63,516 nucleotides of DNA, filler included, from Diploschistes diacapsis (GCA_023645945.1; 20 parts of 20 records of this genome joined end to end with filler, not necessarily neighbours in it); one strand, 5' to 3'. Shown: positions 1 to 12,421, numbered from the whole stretch's first letter. Notes: generated by a model from the sequence alone, not told the origin. Numbers and translations: made by a program.

Positions 1-531
1 GAATAGACGTATTTCAAATCATTTTCGGTAAAAACGAAGGATTAAAAAGAATAAAAGATCGAAGAAATCCTCGATGTCAGAAGAGGCCCCGAGCGAGGAA
101 TAAACGTCCAATATAGGGTACGTTGGGTAAAATAATTTACCGACGATAACTAATATTCCGCCGTTAATTTCGAAAATACTTTCGAGATCCTACGAGAGTT
201 TTATTAATTAAATCCCGAAAAAATAAGATTTTGTTGATTAATAATACCCGAGAGTAAATAATTTACGTTAATAAGAATTATAAACGAGAACGAATCTTTA
301 AAATAAGATAATATCGATTATTACGACGATTATATTTTTTTATAGAATCTAAAAACGTATTTAATTAAAAATAACGTTAAAAAAGGTTTAAAGAGGCGGA
401 AATATTTGTTATAAAAAAATAATAAATATTCTTTTAAATAAATTAGAAAAAGGGGTGGAGATTAAAATAAAGATTGATTGAAAAAGAATATCGCGTTTAT
501 AAGAGATATAAGTATCTGGAAAGGGGGGTAA
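1..531 (+). mobile_element. RIP-degraded Ty3/Gypsy (chromovirus) 3' end: integrase chromodomain, 3' UTR and polypurine tract
   Basis: Frame 1 reads E*KIEEILDVRR..VQYRVRWVK*..D N*YSAVNFENTFEILREFY*LNPEK, a chromodomain with stops at Trp/Gln positions. PPT GGAAAGGGGGGTAA lies immediately before an LTR. The 3' UTR is shared with 34557-34783. Confidence 0.85.
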
Positions 532-933
532 TGAGATAGCTTAGTTTAGGGGCCTGCCAAGCTGGGCCTGTTAAGCCACGGCAGGGTTAGTGCCCAGGTG
601 CTTGTTAAGCTACGGTAGGGTTAATGCCTAGGTGCTTGCTAAGACACGGCAGGGTTAATGCCCAGGTGCTTGCTAAGACACGGCAGGGTTAATGCCTAGG
701 TGCTTGTTAAGACACGGCAGGGTTAGGGGGTGGTTGTGTAGCCGGGTAGTCTTCGAACCCCGGTAGATTTAGCATTTATATTACTTAATGGTACTCTCTT
801 CTTATTTAGATAGTTTCTTCTTTAGCTTTTCGAATCGAGACCTTTTACCTGCAGATGCTTAAGCTACATCTAATCCTTCCGGATCAGGTTTAGCCCCCGG
901 TAGAGTAGCATCCTTTCCTGCGCTGGCGTTTCA
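532..933 (+). mobile_element. LTR family A (TGAGA...TTTCA) with internal 34-bp tandem repeats
   Basis: TG...CA ends, follows a PPT, and has homologous copies at 33643-33939, 34784-35102 and 59686-60050. Confidence 0.85.
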
Positions 934-1051
934 TTATTCATCATATAACCGATGTCACCATAATTGGATTATATATAAGGAGTAATTGGGAAATGCCCGA
1001 TCAGCTGTGAAGTACCAAATGGACTATTATTTAGTTACTTGGATCGTAATA
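934..1051 (-). mobile_element. 5' part of an LTR family B copy, interrupted by the family A element
   Basis: The reverse complement matches the TGTTACGATCCAAG... start of 29385-29839 and 58448-58915. Confidence 0.7.
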
Positions 1052-1214
1052 GCGTTGAACAGACGACCAGACTATATAATAAAAAAACCGCGCCAGATCA
1101 AACTATTAAAAATCAATAATAATAAATCATTCACGACGGATTTTCGGGAATTCATAATAATTATAAATATCTTCGAGGACCAACAAGAATAATATCTAAT
1201 AACACGAAGAAAGC

Positions 1215-1314
1215 NNNNNNNNNNNNNNNNNNNNNNNNNNNNNNNNNNNNNNNNNNNNTTAATTAATTAANNNNNNNNNNNNNNNNNNNNNNNNNNNNNN
1301 NNNNNNNNNNNNNN
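1215..1314. other. Artificial contig spacer N44-TTAATTAATTAA-N44 (first of 19; others start at 2529, 22641, 23955, 25268, 26581, 27894, 29207, 30520, 31833, 33145, 34457, 35769, 55653, 56964, 58275, 59586, 60897, 62207)
   Basis: Identical 100-nt layout each time, with a six-frame-stop core. The small contigs decrease steadily in length from 1214 to 1210 nt, and exactly ten of them lie between the two large contigs, consistent with name-sorted concatenation. Confidence 0.98.
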
Positions 1315-1888
1315 CCCCTAGCTTCAATAATACATCAAACTTTCTTTTTTTGTTCTTCATATCCGTCTCATGCTTTTATTGTTTTTCTTTTCTTTTTTTT
1401 TTTTTTTATTCTCTGGTTTTTTCGTTCCGATAATATTGGTGCTTTTATTTATTTATTTTTTGCTATTTTTTTTAAAACTCGTATTTAATTTCGTATTCGA
1501 TACTTTTTTTTAACGTTCGTATTCGTATAATCCTATTTAATCTATTTATTCTTATTCGATCCTTTTTTTCTCGTGTTCGTATTCGCGTAATCCTAATTAA
1601 TTTATTTAATTTCTATTCGGTATCGAGTAACTCGAGTTAATAATATTTATCGTTTCTCATATCGATAATTTTTAACTTTTAATTCTTTCTTAATATCCTA
1701 TCTGTTTGTAGTTTAACCTTCTAAATATATCTTAATTAAATTTTGTTTTTTTATTTTTTTAATACTGGTAGATTATTTAAGGATAATTAGATGCCTCTTT
1801 CCTTTCTTTCTTTATATTTTTATAAATAATATCTTTTTATTATATTTAAAACTTTTAGATCGTAATCTTCTTCTTATCTTTCGTAAGA

Positions 1889-2164
1889 TGTGGAAGGGTC
1901 CTTAAACAAGTCCTTAGGTTAGCCCCTATTATAAATACTAAGCGCGTTGTTTAGGGAGACTTCCCTTGCTGTAATAGGTAGGTAGTCGTAGGTGGTGTAA
2001 TAAGTGAATGTAGTATGATTGCGTAGTCAATAATATACCTAGGTAGGATATTTGTAAGATGTAGGATGCATGAATTGTCTAGAGCTACCTAGCAGGCCTC
2101 CTTAAATGGAGCTGCCCTGTGGGAACCACCCCCACCAAGTCTACGGCCTACTTTTATGTTTACA
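1889..2164. mobile_element. Possible solo LTR
   Basis: Higher-GC island bounded by TGT...ACA within AT-rich RIP debris. No target-site duplication or second copy was seen. Confidence 0.35.
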
Positions 2165-2628
2165 ATATATCTAAAAATAAAAATCGTACGAAAGAAATCG
2201 GATTACGCGTATAACGTTATAATAAATATAATTAATCACACTATAATTCGCGAACTTATAAAATAGAATCTATAGCTTCTAAAAAAAATACTAATAATTA
2301 ATATAATAAATTATCGTATGAATTAATTATATAAATATAATTATAACTCGTACGAATCGAGAAAGGTATCCGCTCGCTATAAGTGTCCGCTCGCTATGCA
2401 TATACGTTATTTAAAAATCGTTATAATAAATATATATTTTCCAAACTTTTGAATTAGTTTAAAGTACGATTTAATAATATTTTTATATCATATTTTTATA
2501 TTATTAGAGTAGCCGACCACCATATGAGNNNNNNNNNNNNNNNNNNNNNNNNNNNNNNNNNNNNNNNNNNNNTTAATTAATTAANNNNNNNNNNNNNNNN
2601 NNNNNNNNNNNNNNNNNNNNNNNNNNNN

Positions 2629-2947
2629 CTTAATAATCGTAAAAAATATAAATTAAATAAACGAATCGAATTAAAAGGTCGTTTTATGTTTAATATAGAC
2701 GAAGTTTTTAAAATAATAGTTTAGGTTAAATCGAGTCGAATAATTTCGAAACGATTTATAACGCGTAAAAAACGTCGTCGCGTTTTTGAAATCAAGAAGA
2801 ATGAAAAAAAAAGGGAATTAGATTCGATTTAAATCGATTAGATTCTAATTGCGACGAAAAGGTTGTATTTAAAAACCGTAGAATGTTAGCGATAGTGATT
2901 TAAAAAAACCGGAATCTAGGGGTGGCCGGAATCCCCGGGAAACACGT
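2629..2947 (+). mobile_element. pogo/Fot1-type DNA transposon end (RIP-degraded)
   Basis: Terminus reads TA|ACGTGTTT..GG...CCGGCCACCCC on the minus strand. The same terminus occurs at 23752 and 62044, and 2820-2905 is the reverse complement of 62090-62172. Confidence 0.7.
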
Positions 2948-3511
2948 TATTTAAATTATTTTTTTCTTTCAAAGGAGGATCTTCCGTTTAATTATTTTAT
3001 TCCGTTTTTTTATTTTTCTGAAACGGGGGCCGTTAGATGTTATAACGTCGAGATCTATAGGGTCGTTTTAGTGGACCTACCGATTCATCGTTTCACCTCC
3101 TCCATCCCCGTGAACCAAAAGTTGCAAGAATAAAGATTGAATTAATATCACAATTGGATTAAAGATTCACGTGAATGATATATTATCCCATGTTGTTTTA
3201 TGCCTACATTGATTCAACATCTGACATGGACTATAACAGGAACAATAGAATTGCGGACTAACATAGCCGACCAAGCAAAAGTGCTTGCTTCTATATTGTA
3301 CGAGGGGCGAACCCGTAGACGCCAACATCGAAACAAGAACAGTCTTGCTGATTGAAGTCATAGCAACGGTACATCCACCGATGGCCAGAACCAGCTCCAA
3401 CCACACAACCGTCTTCTTTTCATATTCACATACATCCGCAAATGCCATCACAAAGCCTTCTATTCACTCACAAGTTTCGAAATCCCGCCTAAATCACTAC
3501 CCACATCGATA

Positions 3512-6153
3512 TTATTCTTCCATTTTCGAAGAGTGGTCATTGATATCCAGTTGCTGGTGCAGATCAATACCCTTCTCGGACCATCCGTTAGCCCCCGGAA
3601 GAGTCGCCAAATCTCCAAACATGGCAAATTCTCCGTGTACACCAATAGCAGACATGTTGTTAGGATCGAAAAGATTGAAATCTCTAGTAGGACGTGCTAC
3701 TAGATCTTGAGTGAAATCATTGTAGCCCTCATCTACAGACATGTCGTTTGAGGGAGCAGAAAAGGGAGAGTAGAGCATAGCATCGCCTTGACCACCTGGA
3801 GATAAAGATGGGTGTGATGCTGTCTGAGGAGAACGATCGAGTGACACGGAAGCGGTACGGCTGAATGTCTGCGTAGGGTGGTGATCCACCGAAGCCGCTG
3901 GCGTGGCCAACTGTGGGTTCAAAGACGTCAAATCGCGGTTCATGTTGCTCCAGTCAAAATTGGAACCGAACAGTGACTGATCCTCGAAGGTTGACTGCAG
4001 TATTGTTGGCCCCACATATCCAGGATCCCAAGAAGCCCTGCTGGAATCGGTCGAGTTCTCACCCTGTTGAACCGCGCGGTGTTCTGTCCAGGTATCGGTC
4101 CAGGAGAAATTGCCATCCGCCGGCCCAAAAATCTCGCCAAAGGTGGAGAGCATGTCTTGTGGGAAAGCATCGGCAAAATCTGTTGGCAGGCCCTCCATTT
4201 GGAGCTGATCCTCTCTAGCTTCATCGTTCTCCGTGAAGGCAGCGTTCTCGCTGAGATCCGGGGTCGGAGCACTGAATATGTAGGAGCCCGGCGTAGATTC
4301 TTGCGGAGTAGGAGGCGCTCTCGCATTTGACGGACGGTTGCTGTTTTTGCCATTGTTTTTCGAGCGAACGTAGACCCAGCCGTGGGCTTTTTCCATATGC
4401 TGTTTGCAATTACTGTCCCTTTTGCTCTCGTACGGGCAAGGATGAAAGCGGCATTTGAACATCGCTGGAGCGGCCGAGTGTTTGTCGTTCACGTGACGGT
4501 CACGCTCCTTCTCAGTGGGCCAACCATACTCGTGGTACTTGCAATTCGCCTCGGAGCATTTCCATGGCCGTGAGTGCGTTTTCTCGTGCTTCCTGAGAGG
4601 ACAGTATCAGTAACGTAATGCTGCTAAAATTAGGGGGGAAGAAGCGCACGTCAGATCACAAGGCCTTTTGAAGGCTTTGTTGCATTCCCTGCATCGATGT
4701 TCCTCTTTGGCAACTGTTCCAGCGGATTTTTTACGACGGGCCATGGATCGCAGAGCATCTTCATCCGAGATCTCTTCCACAGCCCTTTTACTGCCTGTTT
4801 GATATTCATCCATTGAAACTTCCTCTCCAGTTCGGAGCGAAATGCTCTTTCCGTCCTTGACTCTGACAAGTTCTGCCGGCTTGCCTGTTTGACTCAAGCC
4901 GCCAACCAGATGAAGTCTTTCCTCACTAATGAGATTAGCAAAAAGGGCAGCATGAACGTATTGGGACGTACTCAGAGCCATCGTCACTTTGGGCTGTATC
5001 CGAAATTGCTCTGGCTTTAGTAGAAGACAACATTGCCGCATATTGTCTAACTTGTTCCACAAGGTCCAGGAAGTAGCCCTGAGTGTAAGGCCTGTCCGTT
5101 GGCCTTCGTTGTTCATTCTCGCTCAGATACTCGACCGTTGTGTGTATGCACTGGATTGACGTTTCACAGAAGAGAAGAAATGAGGTTTTGGAAACGGACC
5201 ACTTCTGCATCACAGATACAAAACTGGTTACTGAATGATCAGTCCAGGGAGGGATGTCGTTGCTTACCGGTGCGAGCCACAGAAGGACCTTCTCAAGATC
5301 GCGTAGGCAAGTGATCTCCCTTCGTGCAACACGAGCTGGCAAGCCACCAACAAGTGGATGGAAGCTTTTGAGCCTATCCTCCCGGATGATAGGAAGTATG
5401 ATATGTTTCTGAATCTGCCTGCAGGCGTATTCGCTTAGTGCGTGTTGAGAACCCACGCCTGATAGTGCCGCCATTGCACTATTACCGTTAATACCAGTCT
5501 TGACACGGCCCACGTGGAATGAACTGCTGGTGTCTTTCGCAAGACCAACTTGATCGGCGCCTATCACGGTTAGACGGAGGTGGATCAGGTGACTGGACGT
5601 CTGACATACCCCGTTTCAGGCAAGCATCATCTCCTATAGCAGAGCGTTCGGACGTCTCCGTGGAACCGATACCACTATCAGAAGCGTGATGTTTTCTGTG
5701 CGAGCGTTGGCTCCGAGTTGGCCAACATGAATCTACATCGATGGACTCATCATCTTGCATAGCATTGTCAACGAGAAAACGTGGGACTGGAAGAGCTTCA
5801 GACACTACGGTTTCCTGGCTGTCCGAGCAGAACGACCCAAGACCGGAAAGGCTACGATCGACAGCGCCTATGAGTTGTGCGATTCTACTATCCTCTGAAG
5901 CGATAGAAGCTTCCAGTTGTTTGAAGCAGGTTGGTGACCGTCTTGGTAAGGACGGTACACTCAGGATCGGATCATGCTCAGCAGAACGGGGCGAGGTAGG
6001 AGAGTGGAAGGTGGAGCCTTTTCTCAGAGACTGGGCAGGAGCTGAGATCCTAACGGGCGTAGCATTGAGGGGTTGTTCGGCTCGATGCAGGTAGCTGGAA
6101 ACTGGAGCGTTCAAGAATTGGCGGCGTCGAGGGTTGGACCTTGAGGTATCCAT
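3512..6153 (-). CDS. ace1: C2H2 zinc-finger transcription factor of the ACE1/SltA(StzA) family (4 exons)
   Basis: Spliced ORFs contain LRKGSTFHSP, SDSGIGS, REITCLRDLEK, RPTDRPYTQGYFLDLVEQ, LRSMARRKK, and three fingers: CRECNKAFKRPCDLTKHEKTH, C..KYHEYGWPTEKERDRH and CRFHPCPYESKRDSNCKQHMEKAH. Confidence 0.92.
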
Positions 6154-7156
6154 TTTTTATAGACCAAGGAAATAAAAGGTGGCTTGGCAAATCTCTGAGA
6201 AGCGCCTAGTTCCGATATGAGGACATGTCCTGGCGAGGTAGGTTACATAGGTGACTCACGCCGAAGAGGCTGGTTGGCCGCTGGCACAAACTCGCCACCC
6301 AACGTTATATATCCAGATCGAGGGGCACTCTGGTAATTGTAATCAGTCTGGGACTCAACCCAGAAGACCAATTGAGGAAAGAACGATGGACAACCGGCAT
6401 CGGTGAGGAAGGAATGATTTTGAACCTACAGGTTGCAAGTAATGCAAAACTTGGAAGCTGAAGAGGGACAGTGATACTGGTAATATGCTAGGACGAGGGC
6501 GAAGTCCTGAAGTATGCCACACGAGTAATACGCTCGACCTGGAGAGGGTTCTGAATACTACCGTGATGAAGGAATAACAGATAGCATGCCGTAGAGGAGC
6601 GAAATGTAGGTCGTTCAAGTCGAGGCAATGCAAAAGAAAGAAGGGCACATGCAGATGGGTTTCAACAGATGAGTAGAAGAGGGGGGAGATAGTGTAGAGA
6701 GAAAATGAGTAAGTGAGTGAGTGAGTGAGTGAATGAGTGCTCAGGAGAGCGACAGATGGAGATCATGAGAAGAAGCCTTGGTTTAGGCAACAGTCGTCGC
6801 AGCAGCCTTACGACGCCGCTAGTTGATGCCAAGCTAAAGTAGTACAACGTCTAACGTATAGTGTACAGTGTAGACACAGACAGACTCGGAGTGTAAAGTA
6901 CTGTAGAATACTAGTAGTGTCAGTACAAAGTATCTTAAGTACTTGTGTGCCCACTCTGTACTATAGAGATAGATATCTTTTGTCGTGCTTTGATCAACAC
7001 GTTGTAAATTATAAACACAATTGATGTGCGGTCGGTGCACACGCGACCGACCCGACCGATGTGCGAACTACTTGGCCGGTGGGCCCTATTCCCGGATCCC
7101 CAGTGATCACGTGCACGTCTCCCTTTGCCTTTCCAAGTTCCATTCCTAGGTACTTA

Positions 7157-7263
7157 CGGTCAGGTGCCAAAAGTAGTTAGGTACACCATAAGCGGCAGTA
7201 AAGAGTTGACTGTTCTCTTTACTGCCGCTTATGGTGTACCTAACTATTTTTGGCCTAGTACTG
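7157..7263. mobile_element. 107-bp hairpin MITE of the Tc1/mariner type
   Basis: 40-bp inverted repeat (7166-7205 / 7215-7254, one mismatch) with a 9-nt loop, flanked by TA on both sides. The same right terminus occurs at 62595-62639. Confidence 0.85.
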
Positions 7264-7643
7264 TAGGTATTTACAGTTGTACTTACTGCATAGTGCCCAT
7301 CGGTACACGATCTACCATGCACACTGTACAAACAGTACCGTGCTTCACGCTTTGTCATCCATTTGATTGGTTGCAATCTTCACTCTCCAGCGTTTCATCT
7401 CGTGTGTACGAGGCCAGGGCTCTGTCGATACTCCCTTTCGTCGGAGCGTCAACAATGCACAATGGAACAAAGGTCCAACAGAGCAAGCAATCCCTACCCG
7501 CGACCTACAAAGCCCAGGTCGACGTTTAAGTATTCAAACAATCTTCTTTCCATGCATGCTTCCGCCTTATATCTTGTGTCTGCAGGTCAGGCACCATTTT
7601 ATCCTCGTGCCCTCAATTTCCTGATATCTTAACCCATCTGATA

Positions 7644-8502
7644 ATGTTCCCCAACATCTCTTCCATCTTGCTGTTGGGGGTTCTGGTAACGGCCTTACCG
7701 CAGGCGGTGAAAAGGGATCCATCCTCTGGCTCTCCATCCCAACCTCCACCCCCTCAGCCTTCAACCTCTCAAGTTGCCCCTTCGACAACTACCGACCCAG
7801 GTAGTGCGTCGATTGCTGCCGCCATTTTGAAAGTCTCTCCGGATACCTCCACCTGCGACCCAACTTCCAAGTACGCGGCACAATGTGCTACAGCCAGCCA
7901 AGCGGCTCCAGCCATAATCCGGTCATTCTCCACCTACAATATCTCGACCGTGAACGAAAAGGCCGCCCTGATCTCGCTGATGCTATACGAGTCAGGTGAT
8001 TTTAAATACAACGAAAATTTGTACGTCTCCATTCACCAATCCTAAGCAGGTTCAACAGTCGCTAACGGTTGGTATTTAGGTTTCCCGGCCGGCCTGGACA
8101 GGGTTGTCGTGCCAGTAAGTAATCCATCCTGCTCTAATCCCCGAGGTACTCCATTGCTAATTAACAGCAGTGATAGAGGCACAATATATGCTTGACTATG
8201 CCGAGTCAGTAACATCTATCAAGAGTAAGGTCTCGACTATCATCGGCTTTGCGACTTCTGCGCAATCCATGTCGGACCAAGCGCTGAATTCCATGAGGAG
8301 TTTTGTCACCTCCGACCCCGTCTACGACTTTGGATGTGCAGCATGGTTTCTTACTACTCAATGTAGTAGCTCCGTCCAAAACGCGTTGCAAACGGGCGGT
8401 TGGATTGGATGGGAAAATTATCTTTCGACGTGCGTTGGTGTTCAAGCATCGGAAGGCAACCGCACTGCGTACTACCAGGGCATCTCTCAAGCGCTTTCTT
8501 GA
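7644..8502 (+). CDS. Conserved fungal secreted protein, possibly lysozyme/GH19-like fold (3 exons; introns 8021-8079 and 8115-8170)
   Basis: Signal peptide, KR site and S/P/T-rich linker, then a Cys-containing domain reading LMLYESGDFKYNENLFPGRPGQGCRAM...AAWFLTTQC after splicing two GT-AG introns. Confidence 0.75.
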
Positions 8503-9124
8503 AATCAGAGGCATCACGATCAGGCTTTCGGGTCTATGGCTTGCTCAAGGTTTCCCCTTGGCCCAAAAAGGGGATAAGACCGTACTGGGATCGAGGATAG
8601 TATGTTGGTAGACTCGTGTTAGTGATTCGACTGGCTCCGATCTACGGGTCTAGCAGTTTGGATAGAGTAACCTAGATGTATGCATAATGATGCCAAATAC
8701 CCCCTATCTTGAAGATTATTATTGCTATCCAATTTCCAATGCGTATGACGTATCCCTTTCTCGATAAGGTGAAATGCTTGCCAAGTTGATACATGAGACG
8801 AAGTCAATGAAGTACTACACAGCTTACTTTAGCTCCGAGGAACGGCCAGCAAACCATACATCGGGATAAGATAAGTTCGACTGAAGGGAAAACTTATAAA
8901 TTCAGCCTGCGAATCTCAATTTGTTCTGGGCCGTTGGTATGACCAGCTTGTTTTGCAAAGGAGCTGATGCAAGCCTCGACAAAGCGCTGGGCCAAGAGAA
9001 TTCCAGCTGATGGTATGAGACCGGCAGAACATTTAAGGGTGGAAACATTTATACAAGTCAAAAGCATTACCGTAATCAATCGCTATTTAAACTAGTAATC
9101 TATCACCTGGCCAGCATCAAAGGG

Positions 9125-10591
9125 TCAGAACCGGTCAAGCATGCCCACCTTCCAAGCCTGCATGGCAGCTTTTGGCAGGACATGTCTTGCGGGCTCGGGT
9201 AGAATGCTGTTGCTAAAGTCCAGGTCTTCTTCTAACTGCTTGAAGACTGACGGAGGAAATGTTAGCTCCTCAACGAAAGTACTCATTTTACTGCTCAAAT
9301 CTGTGGGATCTTCTAACGGTTTGTATAGAATCTTCATCGCCCTTCTTGGGCGACCTGCATTTAGACGAGAAGAGGAGTATTTTATATCAGGATTAAAAAC
9401 CCACAGCTTCGCGCAATCAGCAGGGTTCTTTGTAGACCATGGGAGCGTAAAACTTACCAATCTACCTTGTCTGTTGTTCGGCAGTTGATGCGGATAAACC
9501 AGAAACTTCCTGACGTTTTGGTCCTCCATAAGTTCAAGCAGCTGAGCTGAGACAAAATTTTGGAGCTGGTTTCTCTCCCACCCCATGTCCTGGCCACGAA
9601 GTAACAGTACACTCCATTTGAACAACCTGTAACCCCCAACATTTAAGTCGACGGCTCCGAGGGCGTTCCCGCAACTTTGACATAATAGACAGTCATGGAG
9701 ATGCTCCTAGCGCGCACTCAGTTTATTAGTATGTGTGCCTCATCTTGATCCCATGAAAGTTAAAACTTGCACAGTCCATGGTGAAAAGTGAGGTGATTCC
9801 GCTGCGAACTGGGAGCCTCGAGGCAAGCAACATGCCCGTGAGCACTACAACGAGCGCAAAGGGTATGCCTTTCCCAGCATGGACGAGACCAAGTCTTGAT
9901 GTTGGATAGCTGTATCGGTGAAGTTGTTTCAACGAAGAGCGCCTACTGCGCCTGAACATTCTCCTTCTTGCTATCCGTAACGCACGAAAAAAGTGTTCAT
10001 TGTTGATAATTAACTCACCTGAAGCTGGATGCATTCGTTCTTCGGGAAAATGAAGTGACAAGTATCGACGAATGCCATACCCTGCTCTACCTGCGGATTG
10101 GCGGCACCGAGGTACTGCTGGTTTGGTTCGTGGCTCTTCGAAGGCCTGTGGCAGTACCATTGATCGAACATATCAGTCCAGGACCCACGTGGGAGGTCCT
10201 TCCAAATACGCTGCTTTGAGGCGACTATTAGAGTAGAGCAGTACCTGCAAGCGATTTGAGTGTATGGAGTCAGCTCAGAAGCCGTCCATGGATTATCGTT
10301 CACTACGACCATGTGCAATCCATGAGGTGTGAGTCCTTCTTCAATGATTTCCAGGCGAACTGAAATCTCAGCAGGGTCGGAAACTGGAAAGCCGACAGAG
10401 CCTTTGAGTTTAAGGTCAAGAGGAAGGACTATAGTCGACGAGGTACCATCATAAGATATCGTAACAGACTTTTGGTCCGCGTGGACATAGGCTTCCTTAT
10501 AAACATTGCTTTCTTTCCGTATGGAAGCACAAACAGTGACACTTCGGACATTAAGCAGAAACTCTGCATACAAGTTAATGTCAAGAGACAT
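9125..10591 (-). CDS. HECT-like ubiquitin-conjugating enzyme E2-binding protein (HECT_2; UBE3D/Ipa1-like), multi-exon
   Basis: N-terminal LYAEFLLNVR, CRYC, WKDLPRGSWTDMFDQWYCH, second CxxC, FKW, LWVFNPD, AMKILY and SNSILP..AR...WKVGMLDRF. Internal exon boundaries are not fully resolved. Confidence 0.82.
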
Positions 10592-10878
10592 GAGCTAATG
10601 AGTCTCGGCCGACATGAAGGATGTACATGCTCTTTGTACTAAAGCTACAGGTCCCTTTATCTCTGCGTATCTGATCATGATAGACTAAGAAAAGTACTGG
10701 GCGCTAAAATTAGGTACTGAGCCTAATCGAGGCTAGCGGGTTGCATCTTTCGGATATAGTATGCTAGGTAGTCTAAATGTGTATCTAGTACTTCCCGACT
10801 ACAACATAAAGAATTTGAACGGTCAGACCCAGGAGCACTATTTTGATAGCTGAACTTGAAACTGTGGTGTGGCTTCGA

Positions 10879-12167
10879 ATGGAAACAATGCTCTCCTTAT
10901 ATACATACTTTTCGATTCCTTCATTCTTCAAGAACAATGGCCCCAAAACAATTGATATCCCGCCTGTGCAAATCTACAACATTGAAACTGAGAAGGACAG
11001 GCGCGCGAGAGTTGTCAAACATTTACTAAAACTAAATCACGCGAGCCACGCTATACTATACCATAATCTTGAGTATCATAACCATTTACCACATATTCTT
11101 GGCTCAGCATACTTGTTTGGCTCCAATGTCATATGTCTTGAGAAGATTTACGACGAAGAGGCGTGCCAGCTAGAGAAGTGGAGGGACTCACCCGGAGAGG
11201 TCTCTAGCCACGACTGGAGGGACTTTCTTGGTGATAGAAGGTATCAACGTGCCTTTGTGGATTTCTTCGAGGATGAGCTCGTGAATAAGGATTACGACTG
11301 GCGTAAGATGATTGATGAGTACCTGTTTCACGCGGAAACTCCTTTGATTAACAACGTCATTTCCGGATGTAGGTTTGCCCCCAATGCACCTTATCAGATA
11401 CTGAAGAGGCAGCAGTGGCCCATCCCCTGATTCATCTAGGGTACGCCTTTGAACTCAACTCAAAGGAGCTCGCCGTAGAAGCCTTGAGTCTCGCTGCTAC
11501 GTGCTATAACTTTCTCCACAAATATATCGACGATTCAGCTTACTCAAGGCCAGTATCAAAGATGTCAAAATCACCCCTAGAGATCCTGGAGAGGGTGCAC
11601 AACGACAGTCGCTTTGATAACGTCTGCGATGGCCCGGGATCCGATAAAATGGAGACTTTGTTTCAGCAAAAAGAAAGCCTTATTCTTGACTATTGGAACT
11701 CATGGGACATCACGAACCCCGTCCAGCAATTTCGAGATAGCCAATGGGCAGCTGCTGGTTTACTTAGCGCCACTGTTGGGTGCGATGACCCTTCCTACGA
11801 TTTTTTCCTCGTGCATGCATTAACGGGTAGCCATGCTGTGCGAATAATACTACCTTTTATCCCTGCGGCTTACCATTTGTTGCTTCTAAGACAATGGTGG
11901 CTCTTCACATTGGCTGTATACATCACGCAAATGCGACCCGTGATCGCTATGAATTCAATCACAGAATATGATATCGAGGGCCGAGATTGGACGTGGGTTG
12001 ATCTGGCTGCAATCCAAAGCAAGTGGTCCTGTGATGCACATTTCGTCAAAGCGCTACGCGCTCTGAAAGAAGCTGCACAAACATGGGGCGATGAGGATAC
12101 ATTTTACCTGAAAGCCGCCATCAAATTCGCGGATCAATTCAATCATTGGTTTGGATTTAGGTCATGA
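10879..12167 (+). CDS. Questin oxidase-like (DUF4243) oxidoreductase family protein (one intron near 11369-11414)
   Basis: Motifs HNHLPHILGSAY, YQRAFVDFFEDEL, HPLIHLGYAFE, DFFLVHALTGSHA and DAHFVKALRAL. The start is ATG 10879 or 10888. Confidence 0.85.
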
Positions 12168-12421
12168 TCGCGGTACTATCTTACACGTCCATCAGTATAA
12201 TGAAACAATGCCATATTGAAGTCCACGTTGCCTTGCCACCAGCTTGTTCTCATGCTACTCAAACAAACGGTAAGCGGCTACTTTGGAACCATAATGGGCA
12301 TGGCAATCGATTGATAAGGACTGAAGCAGATTATCACCCTGCAACTTGATGTTATGGGGGTCTCGTGAATGATTTTGGCGAAGTTACTATACAAGCGAAC
12401 AAGTAAAGAAACAATGCAACG

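Noticed and set aside
571..725. 34-bp repeats resembling a CRISPR array (also 59686-60040)
   Set aside because: Head-to-tail tandem units with no unique spacers, inside an LTR of a eukaryotic retrotransposon, and no cas genes.
1259..1270. Recurrent TTAATTAATTAA at ~1313-bp periodicity
   Set aside because: Artificial linker between size-sorted contigs. The periodicity and any adjacency across spacers have no biological meaning.
7125..7529. Overlapping ORFs on both strands with shared peptide text (PKVVRYTISGSKE / FTAAYGVPNYFW)
   Set aside because: By-product of translating the palindromic MITE.
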